Of a stretch of 45,403 bases of DNA, positions 24,573 to 32,543 are shown piece by piece; the stretch's first letter is position 1; each line of letters starts with the position of its first letter. The stretch covers positions 1 to 45,403 of the forward strand of contig JBKJOK010000194.1 in the NCBI GenBank assembly GCA_046595595.1, written 5' to 3'. Origin of the DNA: Candidatus Limnocylindrales bacterium. GTDB taxonomy: Bacteria > Chloroflexota > Limnocylindria > Limnocylindrales > CSP1-4. The notes beneath the pieces are model-generated. The model searched no databases. It was not told where the DNA came from and was given only the letters and a program-made list of their open reading frames with translations. Position numbers and translations under genes: made by a program.

Positions 24573-24706
24573 CTGATCAGCCTCGCTGATCCAATCCGGG
24601 CCGATCGAGCGCGACCACGGTCCATTCCGAGCGAATCATGTCGCGCCGGGGACGCCGCCACGCACACTGATTGCCAATTCGATCAATGACATCGATCAGC
24701 GGCGGC
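24573..24706. repeat. Direct repeat copy 1 (~135 bp) in the island upstream of alaS
   Basis: Aligns without gaps to 24874..25007 at an offset of exactly 301 bp. The first 40 nt (CTGATCAGCCTCGCTGATCCAATCCGGGCCGATCGAGCGC) differ at only 2 positions. The rest matches partially (CATTCCGA, CCACGCAC.CTGA, GATCA..GATCA.CGGC). Confidence 0.8.
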
Positions 24707-24715
24707 CGCTGATCG
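24693..24715. repeat. 23-bp perfect palindrome CGATCAGCGGC-G-GCCGCTGATCG
   Basis: Read directly; the 11-nt arms are exact reverse complements around a single central G. Confidence 0.9.
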
Positions 24716-24722
24716 CCGTCGC

Positions 24723-24748
24723 GATCAATTCCGAACGTGCGAGCGTGG
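24723..24748 (+). repeat. Dispersed intergenic motif, copy B (GATCAATTCCGAACGTGCGAGCGTGG)
   Basis: Shares GATCAAT(T/C)CCGAACG(T/A)GCG with 25373..25393, and CCGAACG.GCG.GCGTGG with the arms of the 39184..39279 element. Confidence 0.65.
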
Positions 24749-24873
24749 GCCCAGGCACAGATCCAACGACTCGTGTCGTGATTCGACTCGTGCGACGCTC
24801 GTTCATGCTCAATCTGATCGTCCGGGGAATCACGGCCCCACGTGGTGCTCCGGGCCCGGGCGCGCGCCACGGC

Positions 24874-25007
24874 CTGATCAGGCTCGCTGATCAAATCCGG
24901 GCCGATCGAGCGCCGCCACCACTCATTCCGACCAATTTCCGGCACAGCGGGGGTGTGGCCACGCACGCTGACCGCCCAGATGATCAGTGGCGTTGATCAA
25001 CGGCCGG
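24874..25007. repeat. Direct repeat copy 2 (~135 bp)
   Basis: Partner of 24573..24706 at a 301-bp offset. It begins with the palindrome GCCTGATCAGGC where copy 1 has GCTGATCAGC, so a paired substitution keeps the palindrome intact. Confidence 0.8.
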
Positions 25008-25311
25008 CAAACCTGACCAGTGCAACCGCAGACAACACGCCAACCAGGACGGCGCCGATCAGGAAAAGCCGGGAGCGCTCGACGTGCGGATCGGAATCGC
25101 GATGCATCACGGCGTTCCACATGAGGCGCCGCTCGTCGGGGTTCGCCCAGAGGAGGCGCTCGCGTGTCGATCTCCATAGGCCATACCGCCGCCGATGGGT
25201 CTCGTAGAAGAACTCCTGCGCGGCGGTCAGCAGCACGAGCACTGCGATGAGCCCAATCCACTCCATGATCGGGAGTATGCGACCCTCGACCGGGATCTCG
25301 ATCAGCGGCAC
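24997..25311 (-). CDS. Hypothetical small membrane protein (2 TM); start uncertain (GTG 25311 or ATG 25266)
   Basis: MEWIGLIAVLVLLTAAQEFFYETHRRRYGLW...RLFLIGAVLVGVLSAVALVRFAGR. Two hydrophobic helices flank a basic loop. No family recognised. Its 3' end overlaps repeat copy 2. Confidence 0.45.
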   Translation of the reverse strand: MPLIEIPVEGRILPIMEWIGLIAVLVLLTAAQEFFYETHRRRYGLWRSTRERLLWANPDERRLMWNAVMHRDSDPHVERSRLFLIGAVLVGVLSAVALVRFAGR

Positions 25312-25372
25312 GGCCGGTGGCGCCGGCTTCGCCGTCTGACCGGGCGCGCCAGCGAGCTCTGATCCAGTCGAC

Positions 25373-25393
25373 GATCAATCCCGAACGAGCGTG
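25373..25393 (+). repeat. Dispersed intergenic motif, copy C (GATCAATCCCGAACGAGCGTG)
   Basis: See copy B. It is followed by GCTCGATTCGG, which can pair back onto CCGAACGAGC. Confidence 0.65.
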
Positions 25394-25460
25394 CTCGACG
25401 GCTCGATTCGGCCCGACGGCGTCGGAACCCGCCGATGGCTCGCGCTCATTTGTCGGCGAT

Positions 25461-25478
25461 TGATCCTGGACAGGATCA
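25461..25478. repeat. Hairpin TGATCCT-GGAC-AGGATCA downstream of the GH94 gene
   Basis: 7-bp perfect stem with a 4-nt loop. No U-tract follows on the minus strand, so it is not a canonical intrinsic terminator. Confidence 0.5.
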
Positions 25479-25584
25479 GCGGCCGCGGGGTCAGACGGCG
25501 GACGCACCCGGCAGGAGCTCGATCAGCGAGATCGACGGCATCGACAGGCTGAACTCGAGCCGGGCGGACCGAACCGCGACCGGA

Positions 25585-27714
25585 TCAGATGAAGATCTCG
25601 ACGACGTTCGTTTGCCTGTCGAGGGCCGCCTCGAACGCCCCGCGCGCGACGAGGAACCCTCCGCGTCGATACGGATTGTCGGTGGTCCGCCCGTCGACCA
25701 GCGGGCGGCCGTTGACGCGGACCTCGTGCGGGCCGTACCCGTCGCCGGCCACGTGGTAGAGGTAGCGGACTGCCCGGCCGTCGCGCGTGATGTCGAAGGT
25801 GAGGCCGTCGGCGTCGCGCGGAAGGACAGGGTCGATCACGACGTCGTCGAACCACGTCCGCAGACCGAGCACGTTCGAGATGAGCTGGTTGACATAGATG
25901 CCCGGCCCGCTCGAGTAGACCCGCCAGCCGCCCTTGGCCCCGACGCGACCCGACCGCAACCGGCCGAACCGGCGGCGTGCTTCGTAGCGGTCGCGGAACG
26001 CGGCGTCGGAGCTGCTGAAGAACGCATTGCTCTGGCGCGGGAGGGCCGATGGCACGTCCCGTTCGAGCCCGATCGGGCAGATCGCCAGCAGCCCTCGAAA
26101 TGCGTCCGCGGGCCGTCCCATCCGGGCCATCGCCTCGATGTAGCGGATATGGGCGTGGACATACTGGAGCCCGACCTCGCGGCCGAAGTTCGCCGCCGAC
26201 TCCGCCCGCTTGAAGATCCGCGACGGGCCTCCTCGATACTCCATTGGCCTGTCCATCAACCGCACGCCATCGGGGAACCGGAGGTGGCGCTCGATCAGGG
26301 CGGCATGGCGCCGCGCCTGCTCGACGGTGAACATCCCGCTGATCATGCCGCGCGTCATGGGCAGCAGCCGGTAATCGACGCCTGTCTGGCGATCGCGCGG
26401 GTGGAGGTAGTAGGCGACGCCGTCGGAGTTGAATTCGGCCAGTCCTGCAACCACCCCATCCGGAACGAGGTGACGTTGGAAGTCGGCGCGCATCCGATCG
26501 CACAGGTCCGTCAGGCGGGCCGCCAGTGCCGTCCGCCCGGCCCGCTCGCACACCGTCGCGTAGCGGCCGAGCGTCTGGTAGGCGAGCTCGACGGTCCACG
26601 AGCTCACCAGACGGCGGGCCATCGACGGGTCGACCGGCTGGAGGGTGTCCTCCCAGTCACCGCCGCCGAAGACGACGAGCGCCGTGCCCGGAATGCAGTC
26701 CCGTTCGATCGTGGCGATCTGGCGCTCGGTGTGGGCGAGGATCGTGTCCGTGCCGGCGCTCACGGCGCCGGTCCGGCTGTCGGTCCAGGCGACTTCCTCG
26801 TCGAGGACGGAGAGATCGTTCGTCGCCTCGATGTAGTCGCACAGCGCCTTGATCGGCCAGTGGATGATGTCGCCGTGGCTGTCGGGCGCCCGGATCTCGC
26901 GATGGCGATCGACCATGAACCATTGCGGCCAGTCGCCAGAGTCCCGGTCCTGGTTGGCGTAGACGATCCGGAGGACCTCGCGCAGGGCTCCCGTCTGGCC
27001 CGTGGCGACGAACAGCTCCGTCGGGCCCTGGCACACGTCGCGGAGCCCCCACGCCGCACCACCGGACTGCTCCAGACCGTGCGGCGTCGTCGCGTGGATC
27101 AGCGCGTCGTGGAGATACCAGCGCAGGACGTCATCGAGGCGGGTCAGGTCGTCGACCACCCGGCCCGTGCCGCCACCGAGCCGTGCGTGACGCCCGAGTC
27201 CGGACCAGAACGCGCTCGACCCACTCCCCTCGCCCTCTCGGTCGTCGGGTTTGTCGCCGGCGCCCGCGTGCCGAGCCGCCCGGCTCGCCGCCGCGCCGGC
27301 GTCCAGCAGGTCGCCGCTGTACGTGACGGCGAAGTGCTCGAGCGGCTTCGTCCGGATCACGACATACGGCCCGCCGCGCTCGACGCCGTCGGCATGGAGC
27401 AGGCCGTCGCCACCGATCGCGGCGATCCGACTCGGATCGGACGTGATGGCGAAACTCGCCTCCGGGTAGCGCCGGCCCAGGAGGCTCGTCCCGTCCGGGC
27501 GAAGCTCGATCCTGCCGTCCGCCTCGTGGATCACGATCGGACCGACCGGGTCGAACTCATGCTCGCCGAGCACGATGCTGTGGCAGACGACCAGCTCGAT
27601 CGGCCCTCCCTTCTCGACATCGATGGTCAGCCGGCAGACGGGCTCCTCGATCGACACAGCCAGCCGGATCGTCAATGCGCAGTCGGCGGTCCCGATACAG
27701 CCAGGCCGCACCAC
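25585..27714 (-). CDS. GH94-type (glycosyltransferase-36 / cellobiose-phosphorylase-like) phosphorylase, C-terminal two thirds (frame B of a frameshifted gene)
   Basis: ALVVFGGGDWEDTL is like the GH94 catalytic DW.D segment. HGLEQSGGAAWGLRDVCQG, RVYSSGPGIYVNQLI and a C-terminal beta-sandwich. The first ~7 codons of the tracked ORF overlap the end of the meaningful part of frame A. Confidence 0.75.
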   Translation of the reverse strand: MVRPGCIGTADCALTIRLAVSIEEPVCRLTIDVEKGGPIELVVCHSIVLGEHEFDPVGPIVIHEADGRIELRPDGTSLLGRRYPEASFAITSDPSRIAAIGGDGLLHADGVERGGPYVVIRTKPLEHFAVTYSGDLLDAGAAASRAARHAGAGDKPDDREGEGSGSSAFWSGLGRHARLGGGTGRVVDDLTRLDDVLRWYLHDALIHATTPHGLEQSGGAAWGLRDVCQGPTELFVATGQTGALREVLRIVYANQDRDSGDWPQWFMVDRHREIRAPDSHGDIIHWPIKALCDYIEATNDLSVLDEEVAWTDSRTGAVSAGTDTILAHTERQIATIERDCIPGTALVVFGGGDWEDTLQPVDPSMARRLVSSWTVELAYQTLGRYATVCERAGRTALAARLTDLCDRMRADFQRHLVPDGVVAGLAEFNSDGVAYYLHPRDRQTGVDYRLLPMTRGMISGMFTVEQARRHAALIERHLRFPDGVRLMDRPMEYRGGPSRIFKRAESAANFGREVGLQYVHAHIRYIEAMARMGRPADAFRGLLAICPIGLERDVPSALPRQSNAFFSSSDAAFRDRYEARRRFGRLRSGRVGAKGGWRVYSSGPGIYVNQLISNVLGLRTWFDDVVIDPVLPRDADGLTFDITRDGRAVRYLYHVAGDGYGPHEVRVNGRPLVDGRTTDNPYRRGGFLVARGAFEAALDRQTNVVEIFI

Positions 27715-29041
27715 TCGGACCCATCTCGAACGCCGACGGCACGCCGAGCAGCTCGTCGCCGCGATCGGTCCTGATGAAGATCCGGAGGCCGCTCGACTTG
27801 AGCACGTTGAGCGGGCTGCGACACACGCTGAGGAGCTTGTGGAACGACGTGTTGCCGATCGTCAGCTGCGACGCGAAGACGCCGAACATCCAGGCCGTGA
27901 CCGACAGCGTGGCGTCGCTCGGGAGCAGCTCGCGGCCTGAGCGCAGGAGGTGACCCGTCGGGCGCTCCTGGACGAGCTCCTTGGCCTTGAGCACGACGTG
28001 TTGCTGGTCGCCGTGGATGAAGGAATAGAGGGTCCCGTTGCCACGCTCGACGTGGCGCCAGTCGGAGCCGAACGCCGTTTCGAGCTCGGCGGTCGCGAGG
28101 TCCTCGCTCTGGAACAGGGCCGGTCGGTCGAACAGGCTGCTCGAGCGCGGCTCCGGCGGCGGCTCGATCGCCCATCTCGACAGGCCACGGAACGCGCTGC
28201 CGGCGGCACGCGCATGACCCAGATCCGGGCCGCCCGAGGCGGCCGGATGATCGGCCTCGAAGGCTCCGAAGAACGTGATCTCTGCCGACGCCCCGGCTGC
28301 CATGGAGACGGCCCTGGACTGGAGAGTCGGCAGGGCCAGCTCGTACTGGTAGGTCCGGTTCGGCAGCGTCCGGCGGGTGAGCGCCGACGGCGTGCCGGAC
28401 GCCTTGGACGCCAGGCCGTGGAACTGGAACCCGTCGGTCAGGTAGCCGACGGAGCCCGCGAGGCAGCCGTGCATGACCCACGGAAACGCGCCGCCCTGTG
28501 GCAGACCCTGCCGGGAGCACAGCAGCAGGCCGAGCGCGGCGCCATCGACGACCGTGTGATCGATGTACTGGCTCGTGTACAGCTCGCTCGTGCGGACGGC
28601 CGCCTCCTGGGCGATCCCGAGGTCCTGGGCGAGCACCACGTCGATGCTCACCCGACGGGCAGTTGTGTTGGCCACCGCCACGGTCCAGAACCAGGTCGCG
28701 TCCGTCTCGGCCAGGCGCAGCGTGCAGACATAGTCGAGTCCGTCGAAGGACCCCTCCCAGGTCGCTCCCTCGGCGGAGGCCCGGAACCGACCGGCGGCGG
28801 CCGGCCCGAGCAACGGCAGGCTCTCGATGCCGGCTCGCCTGCGACGTCGGAGGAACAGGTTGCCCAGGCCGCCTTCCAACGGGCTGCCGAGGACCTGGTT
28901 CACGAGGATGTCGACGTGGCGGATCGCGAAGATCGAGCCATTCTCCAGCACGTCGATCGCGAGGCCGCTCGCGTTGCGGAGCTGGGCCACGATCGGTGGC
29001 GGCGCCTGGACGAGCGTCGAGCTCGCGCGGGTCGAGCTCAA
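27557..29041 (-). CDS. N-terminal part (frame A) of the same GH94-type phosphorylase; the meaningful sequence ends near 27695
   Basis: TTG 29041 overlaps the GH39 stop (TTGA); GTG near 28990 is an alternative start. Beta-sandwich-like repeats (LRNASGLAIDVLENGSIFAIRH, WFWTVAVANTTARRVSIDVVLAQDLGI, LRIFIRTDRGDELLGVPSAFEMGPSGAAWLY). After WLY the frame gives 45 Arg-rich nonsense codons. Confidence 0.7.
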   Translation of the reverse strand: MSSTRASSTLVQAPPPIVAQLRNASGLAIDVLENGSIFAIRHVDILVNQVLGSPLEGGLGNLFLRRRRRAGIESLPLLGPAAAGRFRASAEGATWEGSFDGLDYVCTLRLAETDATWFWTVAVANTTARRVSIDVVLAQDLGIAQEAAVRTSELYTSQYIDHTVVDGAALGLLLCSRQGLPQGGAFPWVMHGCLAGSVGYLTDGFQFHGLASKASGTPSALTRRTLPNRTYQYELALPTLQSRAVSMAAGASAEITFFGAFEADHPAASGGPDLGHARAAGSAFRGLSRWAIEPPPEPRSSSLFDRPALFQSEDLATAELETAFGSDWRHVERGNGTLYSFIHGDQQHVVLKAKELVQERPTGHLLRSGRELLPSDATLSVTAWMFGVFASQLTIGNTSFHKLLSVCRSPLNVLKSSGLRIFIRTDRGDELLGVPSAFEMGPSGAAWLYRDRRLRIDDPAGCVDRGARLPADHRCREGRADRAGRLPQHRARRA

Positions 29042-30870
29042 TCGGGCACGAGCTCGATGAGCGACAGTGCCGGCATCGGCAGCTGGAACGCGAGATCGAT
29101 CCGGCCCCCTTCGGCCCGCACCGGCCGAACTGGTTCGAGCAGCTCGAGGCGATCGGCTGCCCGAAGCGTGTCCCAGCCCGCGGCGTCGGGCCAATCGGGT
29201 TGCCCGAGTTCCTGCCAGGTCCGGACGATGTTGGAATGGCTGGCGTCGACTCGCTGGTGGCGGAGCTGGTAGGTGCCTGCCGGCAGGCCGTCGATCGCGA
29301 GGCTGACCGCGCGATCGAGCGCCCGGTCGCCATCCGCCTTGGACTGGTCGAGCGTGCCGCTCCACACCGCGATCGCGATCCGGCCATCGGTGCCGCGGGA
29401 TGCCCACGCCTCGACCAGCGATCCGCCGCCATCGCCCTCGACGGAGCACTCCAGCTCGTCCTCGGCGAGGCGATCCAGGATCGCCAGCGCCCAGAAGCGG
29501 GGCTTCCGGAGGTTGCCGATCGTCAGGAGTCCGAAGCCGCCGTGGAACAGGGTTGGCGCCGCGCCCAGCTCGATGAAGTGATCCGACGCGACCCAGTATG
29601 CGAGCGCGCCGATCCGCCCGGCCGCCGAGCGCATCCCGCGTGCGACCAGTGGAGCCGCCCACGCGCTGTCGTTGATCGGCGCGCCGTGGTGCGAGCTGAC
29701 GCCCCACTCGGTCCACCACAGCGGCAGGTCCGCCCGGCCGAATCGGTCGAGGAGGGGTCGCAGGTCAAGCGGGGCCATGCCGTACGTGTGCGTCGTCACG
29801 AAGTCGATCGGGACATCGCGGTCGGCGCAGAATGCGAGGAGGTCGTCGATCCAACCGGCGGCGGCCGTCGCCGGGCCGCCCACCAGGAGTGTCGGGTCGA
29901 CCGCCTTCACCGCCCGGGCGGTCACCTCGTACAGGCGCAGGTAATCCGACTCGGCCCCCGACCAGAACAGGCTCAGGTTCGGCTCGTTCCAGACCTCGAA
30001 CGGCCAGCGCCGGACCTCATCGCGGCCGAACCGCTCGAGGAGATGGCCGACGAGGTCGCGGACCAGGGCCGCCCAGGCCTCGTCGTCGCGCGGCGGCGAG
30101 ATGATGGCGCGGTAGTCGAACACCGTCGCGTCGGGCTCCGCCGCGAGGGCCCATGGCATGAACGAGAGTTCGACGACCGGCCGGAGCCCGGTCGCCAGCA
30201 GCCGCTCGAGGACGTCGTCGACGCCGGCGAAGTCGTGGATCGGGCCGGCGCCGGCGTCCGACACGACGCCGAGCGAGTCGTCGAGGATCGCATGGGCCCG
30301 GACCGACTCGACGCCGAGCTCACGATGGGTGATCCGGAGCGCCTCCGCCAGCTCCGCGCCCACGTCGCTCCCGCCGGGACCCATGTCTCGGCCGAGGAGC
30401 GCCAGGTGCTCGGAGCCGATGATCGGGCGCCACGGCCGGGCGACCGGGCCCACGACCCGGTCGGCGGCGGCGGTGATCGAGACGGCCCCGTCCTGCTGGC
30501 CTGGCGTGCTGCGGACCGGTCGCGACAGCACGCCCTGCGCCTCGATCGTGGCCACACTCGAGACGGCATACCACGCGTCCTCGCCGCTCGGACCGGTCGT
30601 GTCCAGGTACGGCCCATGCGGGACCGCGAGCACGTCGCCGGTGTGCTGGTCGATCGGGGCGAACGGGCCCGTCTCGGCCGGCGCCCGGTGGACGAGGTAG
30701 CCGATGGCGCCATCGACCGGCGACCAGTCCACCGTGACCTGGCCACGGCCGCGGACGGCCTCGACCCGCGTCGGCGGCCGAAGCGCGATCGCCGGCGCGG
30801 GTCGGTCGCGCGGAGTCTGGGCGCCGCCAGTGGCGAACCAGGCGATGCGGGCAGATGAGCCCGAGGTCAA
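29038..30870 (-). CDS. GH39-family glycoside hydrolase (beta-xylosidase-like fold) with an N-terminal Fn3-like domain and no signal peptide
   Basis: ORF trimmed to TTG 30870, which overlaps the upstream stop (TTGA). WPFEVWNEPNLSLFW (acid/base Glu), IDFVTTHTYG and LPLWWTEWGVSS (nucleophile Glu). N-terminal VTVDWSPVDGAIGYLVHRA. Confidence 0.78.
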   Translation of the reverse strand: MTSGSSARIAWFATGGAQTPRDRPAPAIALRPPTRVEAVRGRGQVTVDWSPVDGAIGYLVHRAPAETGPFAPIDQHTGDVLAVPHGPYLDTTGPSGEDAWYAVSSVATIEAQGVLSRPVRSTPGQQDGAVSITAAADRVVGPVARPWRPIIGSEHLALLGRDMGPGGSDVGAELAEALRITHRELGVESVRAHAILDDSLGVVSDAGAGPIHDFAGVDDVLERLLATGLRPVVELSFMPWALAAEPDATVFDYRAIISPPRDDEAWAALVRDLVGHLLERFGRDEVRRWPFEVWNEPNLSLFWSGAESDYLRLYEVTARAVKAVDPTLLVGGPATAAAGWIDDLLAFCADRDVPIDFVTTHTYGMAPLDLRPLLDRFGRADLPLWWTEWGVSSHHGAPINDSAWAAPLVARGMRSAAGRIGALAYWVASDHFIELGAAPTLFHGGFGLLTIGNLRKPRFWALAILDRLAEDELECSVEGDGGGSLVEAWASRGTDGRIAIAVWSGTLDQSKADGDRALDRAVSLAIDGLPAGTYQLRHQRVDASHSNIVRTWQELGQPDWPDAAGWDTLRAADRLELLEPVRPVRAEGGRIDLAFQLPMPALSLIELVPD

Positions 30871-32393
30871 GGCCGGAGGTACGCGTTTGCGGCGCTGCGC
30901 GGTCCGGCTCCGAACGTCTCCATGGCGATGATCGGCTGCAGGACCTCCCGGACGGCCTTGGTCGCGAACGCGTCGCGGAGCATGTCGTCCGCCACGGCGT
31001 TGCCGATCGCGGCCATCACGATCCCCTGGTCGAGCGACAGGTAGAAGTTCGAGACCACGCCGCTGTCGACGTTGATCGAGTCGCGGAAGCCCCAGCGGTC
31101 GTAGCTGGCGAAGTCGGACTTGATCGCCGCGAGGTTGGCAAGGGCCGGTCCCGGCGCCCACGGGAGCGCGAGGAAGGCGGCGTGCGGCGTGACGACGCCG
31201 TTGGTGTAGGCCGACGGAGCCGGGTCAGGAACGGCCGGGCGACAGCCCTCGAAGCCGCGGTTGACGTACGTTCGGTCCGCGTTGGACGAGTAGCCCTCGG
31301 GGTTCATCCCGATCGCATCGACCCCGTACTCGCGATAGCCGCCTTCCGGGATGTTGGCCGGCGAAAAGCCCCAGTAGCCGTACTCGGCCTCGACCATCCC
31401 GTGATGGATCTGAGCAGCCACCGTCAGCGGATGGTTGACCTTCCAGCTCTCCGGGCCCCACTTCTCCTCGGGCACGAACAGCGACGGCATCAGGGCCTCG
31501 AACATGCTCCCGCCCCAGCCCGGCACGACCCGGAAGTTCTCGTACTCATACGCGCCCTCGAAGACGTTGACCCCGAGGTAGGTCCGGTTGACGCCGATCG
31601 GGCGCGTCTCCTGCCAGTCCCAGTCACAGCTGTCCGCGAAAGCCGGGAACGTCCGCCACGCGCCGAAGTACTCCTTGGCAGGGAGCTCGCCCTTGGCGAT
31701 CCCGATGTAGCTCGCGATCCGGCTCTCGCTCACGATCGTGTCGTAGCAGCACGGCGAGTCACCGGTGGCGGGGGCGACGTGAAAGGCGATCCGGTTGACC
31801 GCGGGCCGGTAGTAGAAGCCGAAGTCCATGCTCTGGTAGATCGCCCGGGCCCGGCTCGAGACCTCGGGAACGGTGTTGGACACGACCTGGAGCGCCGCCG
31901 CGAGCCAGCCGTTGTCGACCGACGACAGGATCGGCGTCATCGCCGCGCCGCTCTCCGGCCAGACGGTCAGCTTCGCGCCGGTCGTGTGGTCGTACCAGTT
32001 GTAGTACTGGCCGCTCGCCTCGTGGACCTCCATGGCCTCGAGGGTCGCGATCGTCTGATCGACGCGCGCGGCCGCCTCGGCGTGACCGATGATCCCGAGC
32101 CGCTCGGCGACGACGGTGCTCCAGAGATAGGCGCCGATGTTCGTCGTCGAGGTCTGGACACTGCGCGTCCCGTCCGAACGGAGGCTGTCGGCGGGCAGGC
32201 CCGTGTCCTCGTCGGTCATCGCCACGAAGCCGGCCCACGTGTCGCGGGCGTAGCCGAGGAGCGTCCCGCGCTGAGCCGTCGTCAGGTTGCCGTTGCCGGC
32301 GGCCGAAACTGCGGGGACGACGGTCGTCGCGACCGCCAGGAGGCTGGCGATTGCGATCAGGCTGAGCAGGCGGCGAACGGGGCGGTGGTGCAT
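30867..32393 (-). CDS. Secreted DUF3131 / glucoamylase-like (alpha/alpha)6 protein, candidate endo-beta-1,2-glucanase
   Basis: 508 aa. Sec signal MHHRPVRRLLSLIAIASLLAVATTVVPAVSA|AG. TNIGAYLWSTVVAERLGII, SGQYYNWYDHTTGAKL and ILSSVDNGWLAAAL match my memory of the DUF3131 family. GGAGG lies 8 nt upstream. Confidence 0.7.
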   Translation of the reverse strand: MHHRPVRRLLSLIAIASLLAVATTVVPAVSAAGNGNLTTAQRGTLLGYARDTWAGFVAMTDEDTGLPADSLRSDGTRSVQTSTTNIGAYLWSTVVAERLGIIGHAEAAARVDQTIATLEAMEVHEASGQYYNWYDHTTGAKLTVWPESGAAMTPILSSVDNGWLAAALQVVSNTVPEVSSRARAIYQSMDFGFYYRPAVNRIAFHVAPATGDSPCCYDTIVSESRIASYIGIAKGELPAKEYFGAWRTFPAFADSCDWDWQETRPIGVNRTYLGVNVFEGAYEYENFRVVPGWGGSMFEALMPSLFVPEEKWGPESWKVNHPLTVAAQIHHGMVEAEYGYWGFSPANIPEGGYREYGVDAIGMNPEGYSSNADRTYVNRGFEGCRPAVPDPAPSAYTNGVVTPHAAFLALPWAPGPALANLAAIKSDFASYDRWGFRDSINVDSGVVSNFYLSLDQGIVMAAIGNAVADDMLRDAFATKAVREVLQPIIAMETFGAGPRSAANAYLRP

Positions 32394-32477
32394 GGCGTTG
32401 ACCTCCGGTTTGTTCAGCGGACGTGCTGGCCGCCGTGTTCGGCTGGATCGATGTCGGGCGCGCGAGGAGCGGGCGGG

Positions 32478-32516
32478 AGCGAAGACAGCGGGCGCGAGCG
32501 AAGACAGCGGGGCGCA
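32478..32516. repeat. Tandem 19/20-bp direct repeat (GAGCGAAGACAGCGGGCGC, then GAGCGAAGACAGCGGGGCGC) in the permease-glucanase spacer
   Basis: Read directly. The two units are adjacent and differ by one extra G. Confidence 0.85.
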
Positions 32517-32543
32517 AGCGGGTTTGACCGTGGTCGGGTGGCG

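Noticed and set aside
24577-24966. 129-aa minus-strand ORF spanning both ~135-bp repeats upstream of alaS
   Set aside because: The two DNA repeat copies are 301 bp apart, which is not a multiple of 3. This ORF therefore reads them in different frames (EWWRRSIGPDLISEPDQ versus EWTVVALDRPGLDQRG). Conservation is at nucleotide level, and there is no domain or RBS.
24505-25584. A GATC/TGATCA-dense island as a possible replication origin
   Set aside because: I saw no DnaA-box-like 9-mers (TTATCCACA and close variants), no AT-rich unwinding element, and no dnaA, dnaN or parAB nearby. GATC is also frequent throughout this genome because of GAT-CGN codon pairs.
32478-32516. CRISPR array
   Set aside because: There are only two directly adjacent repeat units with no spacers and no cas genes. 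No other regularly spaced repeats occur in the window.
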